From contig NW_026262679.1 in the NCBI RefSeq assembly GCF_021869535.1, positions 92,711,982-92,775,981 on the forward strand: DNA of 64,000 nucleotides. The letters are read 5' to 3'. The notes below the pieces were generated by a model that worked only from the letters and a program-made list of their open reading frames with translations, was not told the DNA's origin and made no database searches. The translations under genes were made by a program, and so were the position numbers. Shown in pieces: positions 13,389 through 25,675 of this stretch. This stretch comes from Mytilus californianus. Lineage: Eukaryota. Each line of letters begins with the position of its first letter. The first letter of the stretch is position 1.

Positions 13389-13490
13389 CTCTTTTACCCA
13401 TGTTGTCTCCCCTGGTATTGGTACACAATATATTGTTTGTCTGTCCATAGTAACATTGTCACTGGATTCTACATCTATCTGTTGTGATTT
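13389..13490 (-). CDS. MCMBP: MCMBP exon
   Basis: tttttgcag|AAA ... GAG|GTAGGG. KSQQIDVESSDNVTMDRQTIYCVPIPGETTWVKE aligns to human ..[22 protein letters not shown]. Confidence 0.85.
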
Positions 13491-13989
13491 CTGCAAAAAT
13501 GGTAAAGATACATATATAAAAGAATTATAATGTCACCATGCTGACCACATTTTAGCTAAACAATTGATTCAAAACAAGTCACAATTTTATCTGCTGTTAG
13601 CTGGTTTATTCATTTTCACTGTAAAAATTCCGAGGTATTTTATTTATTTGTTTTGCTTCTTTAGTAAAGCATATATACATATAAGCATGAATGTGCACTG
13701 AGCTGCATGCAACACTATTGAAACCAGAAGTAGGTCTTGTTCTACATTTTCTTTAATTAAAGGTATGTAAAAGCAAATTCAGCTTAACTGCAAACTTTTA
13801 AAATTTATGCCGAGATAGTTCAATAACAGCAAGAAATTGTAAAATTTTAAGACACCATATTTGTCCAAATTCTAGATATTGACAAATAACAGGAATCTCT
13901 ACTGCTAAAGGCTCCAGATCAATATGTATAAAGAGGGGATGGCCACCAAGATCTTCTCATAATAATAACATTATGATATTTTTTTATAG

Positions 13990-14300
13990 TGGAGAATGTT
14001 ATGAATTTTAAGGAATACAACATTACAGCCTTCCTGTCCTAAGTCAGGAATCTGATGTTCAGTAGTTGTCGTTCATAAGTGTTTCCTCGTTTTTTATATA
14101 GATTAGTCCATTGGTTTTCACGTTTGAATGGTTTTACACTAGTAATTTTTGGGGCCCTTTACAGCTTGCTGTTCGGTGTGAGCCAAGGCTCTGTGTTGAA
14201 GACCATACTTTGACCTATATTGGTTTACTTTTATAAATTTTGACTTGGATGGAGAGTTGTCTCATTGGCACTCATACCACATCTTCTTATATCTATTCAC
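13990..14300. repeat. Dispersed SINE/MITE-like repeat abutting the MCMBP exon-1 donor
   Basis: The block ggagagttgtctcattggca(c/a)tcataccacat at 14255-14290 recurs at 63915-63950 and in reverse at 63630-63650. The left part cctgtcctaagtcaggaa resembles 16345-16370. Confidence 0.5.
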
Positions 14301-14308
14301 CTACTTAC

Positions 14309-14575
14309 AGAACAGTCTGCAATGTCTTTATACATCCCTGATTTCTGTGTTACTGTCGATGTTTCTAAATCCTTCACCTGATAGAGTCCAAGGTAGAATT
14401 CTGGATCGTATATATCCTGTACCATACATCTAAATCTTACTAAAGAGTTTGGTTTCAGTGTATGTAGGGGAGTATCATTCAGACTTGGTACCTGAAAATT
14501 TAATAATATTCTTTTATGCAACAATTCTACCCATGAAGAAGGTCCATGATGCTTGTCATCAATTGGATAATTCAT
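14309..14575 (-). CDS. MCMBP: MCMBP orthologue, first coding exon (ATG at 14575-14573)
   Basis: In-frame TGA sits immediately upstream of the ATG. ..[48 protein letters not shown] aligns to human [48 protein letters not shown]. Donor TCT|GTAAGT. An internal ttttcag before GTACCAAGT could mean the true first exon lies further upstream. Confidence 0.8.
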
Positions 14576-15254
14576 TCATACCTGACAAATCATATTGAAA
14601 ATCAGGTTATCTGTCCTTTTTAAATACATTTGTACTTTATAACCCAATTTTACTGTAAATTCATGTAACTCATGCCGTCACACCTTAACAACTCATGCAA
14701 TGTACATTTTCTCACCATAATAAAATGTTTGCAGGCATAATTCTAATATTACATTCAAAGTTTCAACCAGGGCTTCCAAAAAATATTTGAGCCAGCCGGA
14801 CATTTTTTTTGTCTCATCCCGATTTTTATCCCTTAAGACTTAGTAACAAAAGAAAACCATAGTAATCAGTTCAGCATCATATGAATTATGATTGACACAA
14901 AAACGGTATTTGACTTGATTTTTTTAATATAAATTTCGATGTTCTGATGTAAACTGTTATATCTACAGTGCACCATTAGAAGTGTGCAACATCAGCTACT
15001 TAATATCTGCCTAAGACTCTTTATTTGTGCAAAATAACGCTGTCATAACTTCACTTTAGTTTTTGAAAAGTACATTTTCCTCATACCGGATGTTGACTTG
15101 ACAATGGTAAAACACAGACCAGAGACGGATACGTAAAATCCGTGTACCTTTCAAAGCACGATTGAGTTATTCAAGTATCTCTTTCCATATTATATCTATA
15201 GGAAAAACTCGAAATTAATGTTAGATAAAGGTATCAATGATATTTTTAGCATTT

Positions 15255-18100
15255 TTGAATAAAATGCTCCGCTGGGTGCAGCTTGATACGACTGCAGAGG
15301 TTGAACCCTGAACAGTTGGGGCAAGTATGGACACATCATTCAAGCTTGATACAGCACTGAATTTGGATTGTAATTAAATATTTGACACAGCATAGGTTTC
15401 TGACACAGAATGAATGTGGTCTAAGAACTTAAATTTTTTTAATTTACCTATTTAAACCATATCATTATTATTTGCTTTTATATATAAATCAGAAATAACC
15501 AATTTAAAATGGAAAATTTTAAAGAAAAAAAAGGAAAAAATTTTTTGAACCCCCTTATGATTCATCACCCCCAAACTCAATCTCAGCTTTCCCTTTGTGG
15601 TATGGTACCTTGCAGTACAATTTCAGAGCGATCCATACACTTGAACACAAGTTATTGTCTGGAAACTAGAAAAATGCTTATTTTTTGGCCCCTTTTTGGC
15701 CCCAAATTCCTAAATGTTTAGGGCAATTACACTCAAACTCAAACTGTTTCAGACCTAGCCAAACTTAAATTGTTTTAACAGGTCAGGAGGTCCAGTAACA
15801 ACTATTTTTTACTGGACCTTCCTTCCTGTTACAGGACCTACTAATCATTACAGGTGAACAGCGCTTCGCGCTGCAAACTTGCTAGGGATGTCCCGGAGCA
15901 TGCCACCCTGAATAATTTTGAAAAATTAGATGCAAAATCCTTCATTCTGAGTGCTTTGACTATGATAAATGAAATAACCAAAACTACTATCTCGTACTAC
16001 ACTTTTGCATGTTTAATCACATTGCATAAAACTTCATTTTTTAAGACTTTATTTAGATTTATTCCTCTTTGGCATAATCTAGTATTTTATTTGAGTTTGT
16101 CTCAACTTTTTTTGGTGTGCTGTACTTTGATCATCGGCCTTCTGTTTTTTGACCAGGCACAGTCTTATCATAAAAATGGAGGAAACTCATGTTATTGTTT
16201 ACAACATGTGTTTCGGGCGCATGTGTAATGAACCAGGGAAAAAAGAAATGCCGGAAACTGACACAAAGGACATGACAATCGAGATACAAAATCTTCAAAA
16301 TATTCAAATTGAATGCCACAAAACCAGGTTCAACCCACCATTTTATTCTTAAAATGTCCTGTACCAAGTCAGGAAAATGGCCATTGTTATATTATAGTTC
16401 GTTTCTGTGTGTGTTACATTTTAATGTTGTGTTTTTGTTGTGTCGTTGTTCTCCTCTTATATTTGATGCGTTTCCCTCAGTTTTAGTTTGTAACCCGGAT
16501 TTGTTTTTATCTCTATCGATTTACGAGTTTCGAAAAGCGGTATACTACTGTTGCCTTTATTTAGGCAGTAGGGGACAAGCCAGTGAGCCTTAAAATCGTC
16601 TGACTGATAATGTTTTTTTAAAAAAAGAAGTCACATTAGAAATGACGATTTTCAGGGAATGCATAAAATAGTTGACAAGAAAATCTCGCCGTGTGTCAAT
16701 AGAAGCGTGATTTCATTGGCTGCTTTTCATATTATTGCATTCTCATTGGTTTACTATTTGTGCTGCCCATATATATCTATAAATATGACTAGGGTATGTC
16801 CGCGATCCTTATTAATATTTAATTAATTAATTGTTTTTCATTGATCTCGGGAGAAAAACAATATTTTGTGTTTAATATAGCAACACATTTTTCCCAATTT
16901 TAAAACTGTATGCTGCAAAAAATGTACAGGACAGGAGGTCCTGTAGTTCACAGGATGGTGGCGGACCTTCAAGTTTTTTACAGGTCATGCATGACCTGCG
17001 GTCCGACGATGTTTGGGTTGGTCTGCTGAAACCCAGCTTTCCCTTTGAGATATGGAACCTTGTAGTACAATTTCATAAAGATCCATACACTTACACACAA
17101 GTTATTGTCCTGAAACTAGAAAAATGCTTGTTTTTTGCCCCTTTTTCCTAAAATTTTAAGGCAATTACCCCCAAAATCAATCCCATCCTTCCCTTTGTGG
17201 TATGGTACCTTGCTGTACAATTTCAGAGAGATCCTAACACTTGAACACAAGTTATTGTCTGGAAACTAGAAAAATGCTAATTTTTGGCCCCTTATTCCTA
17301 AACGTTTAGGGCAATTACCCCCAAACTTAATTTCAGCTTTCCCTTTGTGATATGGAACCTTGTAGTACAATTTCATAAAGATCCATACACTTACACACAA
17401 GTTATTGTCCTGAAACTAGAAAATGCTTGTTTTTTGCCCCTTTTTCCTAAAATTTTAAGGCAATTACCCCCAAAATCAATCCCAGCCTTCTCTTTGTGGT
17501 ATGGTACCTTGCAGTACAATTTCAGAGAGATCCATACACTTGAACACAAGTTATTGTCTGGAAACTAGAAAAATGCTTATTTTTGGCCCCTTATTCCTAA
17601 ACGTTTAGGGCAATTACCCCCAAACTCAATTTCAGCTTTCCCTTTGTGATATGGAACCTTGTAGTACAATTTCATAAAGATCCATACACTTACACACAAG
17701 TTATTGTCATGAAACTAGAAAAATGCTTGTTTTTTGCCCCTTTTTTGGCCCCTAATTCCTAGAATTTGGAGGCAATTACCCCCAAAATCAATCCCAGCAT
17801 TCCCTTTGTGATATGGAACCTTGTGGTACAATGTCAGAGAGATCCATACACTAACACACAAGTTATGTCTGGAAGTTACAAAAATGCTTATTTTTGGCCC
17901 CTTATTGGCCCCTAATTTCTTAACTGTTGGTACCATAACCCCCAAAATCAATCCCAACCTTCCTTTTGTGGTATTGAACCTTATGGTGAAATTTCATAGA
18001 GATCCATTCACTTAAACTAAAGTTAGAGTGCAAAAACCAATGTGTCTTCGGACGACGACGCCAACGTCATACCAATATACGACCGCAAAATAAAAATCGG
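15255..18100 (-). mobile_element. Helentron-like satellite-carrying element (minus orientation) interrupted by a nested TIR element
   Basis: 3' terminus (reverse complement) at 15255-15440, junction at 15440-15560, one satellite unit, then a foreign 1.29-kb insert (15740-17027). The satellite array resumes at 17028-18050 as about 6.5 units with alternating A and B subtypes. The 5' terminus at 18050-18100 has a degraded hairpin. Confidence 0.7.
15740..17027. mobile_element. Non-autonomous TIR DNA transposon of about 1.29 kb inserted inside the satellite array
   Basis: The satellite consensus breaks at 15738 and resumes exactly at 17028. Insert ends are GTTTCAGACCTAGCCAAAC (left) and GTTTCAGCAGACCAACCCAAAC (reverse complement of right). 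Internal ORFs (15854-16228 and others) are low-complexity with no recognisable domain. Confidence 0.6.
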
Positions 18101-19389
18101 ATGCATAAATAAATCTCGCACCTGCGCACAAATGTACTAGTTTAAACAACGTGGTTCTGACGATTTTTCACTTAAAACCTTTACAACTACCTTTTTAAAT
18201 TTTCATCAAATAATATTTATATATGTTTTCTGGTAACATGAATCTTGTTGACAATGATATTTAGATGCAAACCGCTGAAATTTAAGAAAATAACTTTTAT
18301 TAGACTGATCAATGTCCGGTACTAAATAGTTTACCTGTCGCCTGAACAGGTAAATTAAGCTGTCAGGGAACTAATTAGCCTTGATTGTAATGAGAGGGTA
18401 TTTAAGAAGGGTGTGTTTTGATAGTAACTATTCATCATGTCACTTTTATGACCGGAAATGTGTGTCTGTTTAAAGGCAAAAGTTGAGGTCAAAACTGAGA
18501 AGATTGCATGAACTTCAAATTATTTTTCTGAAATATGTTATTAAAATGTTCGTTTCAGCTTTGACACAACAAGTCATTTATATAATTTATCGGACAAGTC
18601 CGGAAAATATGACCGTTTTGGAAGCTCTGGTTTCAACCTCCTTAAAAATACCCAACTCAAGGCAAAAAGATTTCACCACTTAACTAACCCAACTCATGAT
18701 AAAAAATTTAACCTCCCTAACTTACCCAACTCATGGCATAGTTTGTTTGCATCTTACTGCTGAAGTAATCTTTAACACCATTATCATTTTGTTTGTTATC
18801 TGAAAGTATACAAAATGGAGTCTGGATAAATTGTTAGTCAAAAATAATAACTTGTTACATGTCAATACACTGTATATAAAATCTATTGATATAAAAAATT
18901 AGATGTGGTATGATTGCCAACAGTTTTTATAAAACCCCATATTTTAGGCATACATTATTATATTGCAGTAGCTCTAGACTTATGAATATGCATAGGTGGG
19001 GTATATTTCCATTCGATACATACCCATCACAAAATTGATCAAGACACCTAGACCATGCTGGAGGTTGAAGGGCATAAAGAATTTTTTGGCAGGCCACTTA
19101 CCCAAGGGAAAGTGATAAAAAAAAATTCACTTACCGTGTGCAAATCCACATTCCCCGGTTGAGACCCGCGAAGCGGATCGAATTTGTTAGGGGGTTTAGG
19201 GGCATTCCCCCCCAAGAAATTTTTGAAATTTAAGATGCAAAATCCTGCAATCTGAGCATACTTTTAAGGGTTTAACATGTCAACTGATTATGATAATTTT
19301 GTGTGACTTTTTAAAATTTATATACTATAAGCAATAGACATCGTATTCTGTTTTTCTTTTAGTGATTGAAATGTAAAAGTATTTATGCA

Positions 19390-20030
19390 AGCTCATTTTC
19401 TGAGCGTCCGCAATATTTACAAACTGGTTCCCGTGCTACAAACCAAAAGGCACACGTGTAAATCGCGTAAAAAATGATGAAATCATGGAAAGTTGACGCT
19501 CGGATGATCTTACAGAAGTATTTTGACATTTAAACAAGTAATGGGGACAAATTATTTTATTTATTTACCGGAAAACGACTTTCCCGACGGGATATTAGCA
19601 ACTGCAATGTCACTTTCCCGTGTAATAATTTACTTTCCCCGGGAAACCGGAAATGGTAATCTTTATACCCTTGGTTGACATACAATCATGTATCTTATCT
19701 TTACAAACTGGTTCCCGTGCTACAAACCAGATATCGTAAATTTAAACCAGTCCACTAACGATCTAACTAAATACCAAAAGGCACACATGTAAATCGCGTA
19801 AAAATGTGATGAAATCATGGAAATTTGACGCTCAGATGATCTTACAGAAGTATTTTGACATTTAAACAAGTAATAGGGACAAATTATTTTATTTATTTAC
19901 CGGAAAACGACTTTCCCGACGGGATATTAGCAACTGCAATGTCACTTTTCCGTATAATAATTTACTTTCCCCGGGAAACGGGAAATGGTAATCTTTATAC
20001 CCTGGGTTGACATACAATCATGCATCTTAT
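19390..20030. repeat. Tandem duplication, 2 copies of about 305 bp, in the MCMBP-TEP1 intergenic region
   Basis: The segment tttacaaactggttcccgtgctacaaacca...ggaaaacgactttcccgacgggatattagcaactgcaatgtcactttcccgtgtaataatttactttccccgggaaaccggaaatggtaatctttatacc occurs twice. Each copy has three TTTCCCG-type motifs. Confidence 0.75.
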
Positions 20031-21925
20031 CTTGGAGAAAAAACATTTAAATATGACTTACAATATGGTTAATTACATCAAGCAATTTTTATAATGCCTC
20101 ATTTTGACAAGATTCAAATCAGATTTTATACCATATGTATGTATGTAATTTCAAATCCAAGGATTTTTAGGAATATAAACAATTACAGCTCAAGCCAAGT
20201 CAAGGTCCTTAAATAAGCATGATAAGTAGCTTGATTAAATTTGTGCAGCAAAATTTAAAGTAATTTACCACAAAGAAGGTGCATTGTTTTTGCTACACCT
20301 TTTCATGTTCTTAACTAATGTCATAACCAGCCACATAACCATTGGTCATTTTATACCATGTCAACATCTTAATGGGGAAAAGCAACTAATATGTCCTTTG
20401 ACAGTGGTGTGGAAATGCTATGCCCGACTCATTTATTTGAATTCCCCCACAAGTAATTTTTTTGTCTGGGTTGCCCAGCAAGTAAAAAACATATATCTAA
20501 GTCAAAACATCAATGTTCATGACGATAAATATTAAATAACAGCGGAAATAGATCGATAACCAAATTAAAAAAATAATTATGCGAACCTGGGTCATTTAAA
20601 CCTTTCGTCATCTTTGTCCATTGACCCGGGAACGTCTATTAGGTTTTATCCATCATTTAACGGAAGTGTTATTTAGATTATGTATCTAGATGGCTAAATA
20701 CATTTTGTACTACTACTTAATAAAAACACCAGGCAATCGAGACAAAAAGAGGGGAGAGTCAAGTAAAAAACGTAAAACGCAGGCGAAGGACAAGGAGTAT
20801 AAATCAAAGCACTGTAAGCGCTGCAGGCAGTTAACCAAAAACCAAGGCAAACGTAATCATTATGAAAACTGTGGCAGTGTTGCTTCAAATTTTTTTTTCA
20901 GATTTGAAAGAACAAACATTAAACATTCGTATATTGTACATTTATGTTTATTTAATGAATTGATTATTAAGGCAAATTAATTAATATTTTATCAAGGTTT
21001 TCTAAAGCAACGCATATATCAATGTATATTTTTAATGGTGAGTCTGCAGTGGTACAAGTTCGCAATGATTGCAGGTGTTTTAGTTGGTAGTTAACGTTGG
21101 TACCAGTTGACTTTTAGTGGTACAAGTTGACGTAATTGTATGAATGGACTTGCTTCCCTGGAAGGAACACTGTGTTTGGGTTCTACAGTACAAAAGTTAT
21201 GAGACACAAATCAGACAAATGTTTACTACTACAGGGATCAAAGGTGAGGTCTGACTGCCCTGACCATAGTAAATGTAAATGACCCCCCCCTTCACCACAA
21301 GTCCGTGATATCACTCCATACCAAGTCTGGAATAAAATCACAGGTGATTATAAAAGAGGGACGAAAGATACCAGAGGGACAGTCAAACTCATAGATCGAA
21401 AACAAACTGACAACGCCATGGCCAAAAATAAAAAGACAAACAGACAAATAATAGTACAGATGACACAACATAGAAAACTGAAGACTAAGCAACACGAACC
21501 CCACCAAAAACTGGGGGTGATCTCAGGTTCTCCGGTCAAATAAAACAATTGGTCAAACATTCTTGGGCTTTACACTGCTTGAAAGATTTATATGTTATCT
21601 TTAAAATGAGCCATAAATGAAAATTTTTATAGGCCCAGAAATAATTCAAAAAATAATTAAAGTAAATTCAATTTACCTAGACTCATTTTTTGCATCAATA
21701 AAATTTTATAATAAACAAGAAATAATTGTAACAGGATGCTGTTACGAAGTCTCCCAAACAAAGCTCCCATAATTCGTCATTCCCATGGTCGCCTGACATT
21801 GGGCAAAGTCCAGTACACATTGGTTTGGTCTAGTAAAGTGATATGCATATGTCACATAATGTGACGCCTAGGAGATTGACCCTGTATATCATTCAAATTA
21901 TTTTGAAATGACAAACAGGAATAAA

Positions 21926-22530
21926 TATGGTTTAGGAGTGGGGACCGTTTACAAGTTCTCAAACAGGAGGGGGTGGGTTGACCCCAGGGACTCCCCCTAT
22001 ATTTCATTTGATTTTTTATATTGTCCCATACATCAATATATATGGTTTAGGAGTGGGGATTTCAACCGTTTACAAGTTCTCAAACAATAGGGGGTGGGGT
22101 GACCCCAGGGACTCCTCCTATATTTCATTTGATTTGTTATATTGTCCCATACATTAATATATATGGTTTAGGGGTGGGGATCTCGACCGTTTCCAAGTTC
22201 TCAAACAGGAGGGGGTGGGGTGACCCCAGGGACTCCCCCTATATTTCATTTAATTTGTTATATTGTCCCATACATGAATATATATGGTTTAGGGGTGGGG
22301 ATATCGAACGTTTACAAGTTCTGAAACAGAAGGGGGTGGGGTGACGCCAGGGATTCCCCCAAATTTTCATTTGATTTGTTTTATTGTCCCATACAAGTAT
22401 ATATATGGTTTAGGGGTGGGGATCGCGACCGTTTACAAGATAAAAGAACATTTTCAAATTGAAGGGGGGTGGGATGACCCCCAGGGACTCACCCTATATT
22501 TTATTTGATTTGTTTCATTGTCCTGTTCTC
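21926..22530. repeat. Satellite: unit of about 124 bp, about 4.9 copies
   Basis: The unit atatatggtttagg(a/g)gtggggat..cgtttacaagttctcaaacaggagggggtggggtgaccccagggactccccctatatttcatttgatttgttatattgtcccatacat is repeated head-to-tail, with the last copy diverged. The plus-strand ORFs 21908-22344 are repeat artefacts. Confidence 0.8.
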
Positions 22531-25494
22531 ATTACTGAAGACCACGCGTGTCTATCACTTACTGTTTTCGAGTATAAATAGTCATTTGAAAATAAAATCC
22601 CATAGGGTTCTACAGTAAACCCCTCCCTTCTTTAGGCCCCTCAAAATACCCCTAAATAGTTCCCAATGCACAAACGAAAGATTGATGGCTCCGCTAGACA
22701 TGTTAGTCTTACATTTTATGAAACCCTAAGTTAATCTGACAAGGGGTCCGAGTTGTTTTCTTAGACGGTCCGACTTGTCTCTGGGACGAGTTATTCTGCA
22801 TTTCTTTAAACATCGACCTGATTGGTCGACATTGATTACGTCGATTTCCGGTTTTTCATTCATAAAATAACAACAAGTTCAGTGATAAACGGAATAATTT
22901 AATAAAAGAAAGGAATTTAAATGTGCATACATTTAATTGAAATCAATTAAATAATCACAATCTTCTTAAACTAAAAGAATATCATGATTAAGAGTACTTT
23001 CGCTTAATCGGACTTTATATCATCAGAATCAAACGAACTTACGTTTCCTGTAAGTTAAAATTACCGCCAACTTAGACTACATGTGTACTATATATAACTT
23101 TATTCCCTCTATCATAGAGATTTGGTGTACATGAACAATATTCCTGCGCATTTTGCCATTTGGGAAATATAAACGACTTGTAATTACAGATTTTCGGCGA
23201 TGAAATATTTCATACAATTGTTCTTTGCCATCTTAGCCAAAAGCACAGGGGATAATAAACTACGTACAGATTTCTATTGAGCACTATTTCCTATGTGCAA
23301 CTTCAAATATTATGCGTCGTTCGACGATCATTTAAGGTTATTCTGGTCATATTTTTTGTATTCCAGAATTAAAAGAATGAACAAAATGTCCAATTAGTTA
23401 TAAATAACATATTAGCCTGCTAGATTACAACAATGGCACTTTTTTCAGCATTCGTTAGTAAGAACACAAATCTAGGGTGCTAGCATAAGGCAGCTTAACT
23501 GCCTAAAAATAAACGGAAGTGAGAATTTCAGACATCGTGGATATCAGATTTACCCTGGCTCTAAATGGAAGAAAATGGCTAATGAACAATCTGGATCAGA
23601 TCAGTGTAGATTGATGTGAAAAGGCTTTGGAATTTCACGACTTTTTGAGAAACAAACTAGAAATTTCAATAAAATATATTTGTTTCATACAATATTGTTA
23701 TCATTCTTTCAATAAATATCATAAGCAAGGTTAAGTCTGTTTATTGCTTTTTCTAGCATTCCACAGGGTCAGACATTAGACTAGTAGCTAATAACGGAGC
23801 AGACTATGTGATATAGAAAATTATCTAACAAGGAGAACTATATACAATGACCAATTATCCACAGGTGATTCAACAAAAGCAGTGGAATTTATGGAAATAA
23901 TTAAGTGACACCTAAACCTATGGGTTGCAATTCCGAACGTTTTATCATAGGAATAATCTGTAGCTCGATTGTCTGAAAATGGTAAAAAAAATTATGTCAA
24001 TTGGACAAGAAGAGCTACAGCTAACCCCTAGTACGAGTATATGCATGTGATTGTGAGAAAACAAAACATGTACTGACTACTGTTACATCATTTATGTATA
24101 AGGTTTATACATCTAGACTATAGTATATGGTTACATGTTCTATTTTATAAAATTGTGTTTGTCAATATATGTCATATATGATTTACCTATGATGTTTTGT
24201 ATTATAGCCAATGGGTTGTTAATCCAATCATCACCAATACCAGGCATACTTTCAATATGCTATAAAATTATAACGACAATTAAACTGCAAAAATACGGGA
24301 ACAATGTGATCAGAAATGGCGGGAATTAAAAGGACACCCTAAAACACAAGCAGCAAACCCTAGGAGTATTCCACAAAATTATTTGACAAGAACGACAAAT
24401 TGATCGTTATATTTCATTTGAACACTTATATTTTATTTTCTTATTAAAATTAAGTTAAACGGTATATGATTTAATTCTATGCAATGATGTATTTGATAAT
24501 GTGTCCTGATCGATGTTTGTTCACTCGGTGCTTCTCGGGTGGCTCGTTCCTTAAATACGAAGCCCAACTGAGTGACCCGAATGATTGTTTAGACTGCAGA
24601 CTTTCGGTTTAGGAAAATGTCCTGTCAGCACAAGCACGGGTGGTGAAATCGTTGTGAAATACCATTTTTCTCGATACTTCTTGCTTGGTAAATATAAGTT
24701 GCTCTTTATGTTAGCAGTTGTTCTAACAATTTAGTTTCAAATCGTACTACTCAGTACTGAAGCACATCTTATCTATAATTTTTGCAGTTGATTGATGGTG
24801 GGTTAGTATGTTTTGCTTGTTTTTTTACTATTTAACGATGTCGAATTAGACTTAAAGCAGCCTAGTTGCATGAATATCTTCAATTCAATAAATTGTGGAT
24901 ATATGTCAATAAGACAACTATTAGATCCGTGTTTTACATGCTTGGCTTAATATAATTTTTGACTATATTATATAAAAGTATATAACTATATATCTTTCAT
25001 GTCAATCTGGCCGCAAGTCGATTTGGGTCACATTTTAAAGCTGATCTGGCCAAAATTCAAAAAAGGGATAAGAATTACATGTATTTGACACAGTCTGTAT
25101 CGGTAGCCACTAGTCCGATGCCCCAGACTAGTAAAATTTTATTTGGACTAGTAAGTATTTACGAAACTTTGTTTTGACATTTAAGAAAAATGTCTGAATA
25201 TTGGTCTTCCGATTAGTAGATGAAAAAGATTTTGGTGCAGACTTTTGACATATACTTCATAAATATTAATGAATTTTATAAACAATAGCAAAGGTGGATG
25301 ATCAAAGATTGTGCCTTTGATGCTTCTCAAATATTTAATTTTCATTAGAAGAGACATTTATTCAAATATTGTTTTTAATATTTAAAATATTTAGACTGAT
25401 TTCATATTGAAATATTTTATTTTTTAAAGTAAAATATGTATATTAAAATTATTTATCATCTTGAATGAATAGGGGTGATTATTATAGATTATTA

Positions 25495-25618
25495 CATGGC
25501 ATTTTCCATATTGGCCCTGGTATCAGCCCTAGACTCCCTTATCAAGCCAGAGGGCTTTATCCCGAGGGCTTGGTATAGGTCGAGGGCTGATACCAGGGCC
25601 AATATGGTAAATGACATG
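25495..25618. repeat. Hairpin element of about 125 bp with 36-bp inverted arms (MITE-like)
   Basis: catggcattttccatattggccctggtatcagccct ... agggctgataccagggccaatatggtaaatgacatg. The arms are near-perfect reverse complements separated by a 52-bp loop. Confidence 0.7.
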
Positions 25619-25675
25619 TTATAATCTATTTATCACATATTTTCAAGCTGGAGAGAAAAGAAAGCATATATCAGA

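Noticed and set aside
15854-16593. ORFs 15854-16228 (124 aa), 16131-16367, 16309-16593 inside the nested TIR element
   Set aside because: Low-complexity with no DDE or other transposase motif. Several start with non-ATG codons in the supplied track.
20690-20980. Lys/Arg-rich 96-aa ORF in the intergenic region
   Set aside because: No splice signals, no homology recognised, and the opposite strand has an overlapping ORF. Most likely chance in AT-rich DNA.
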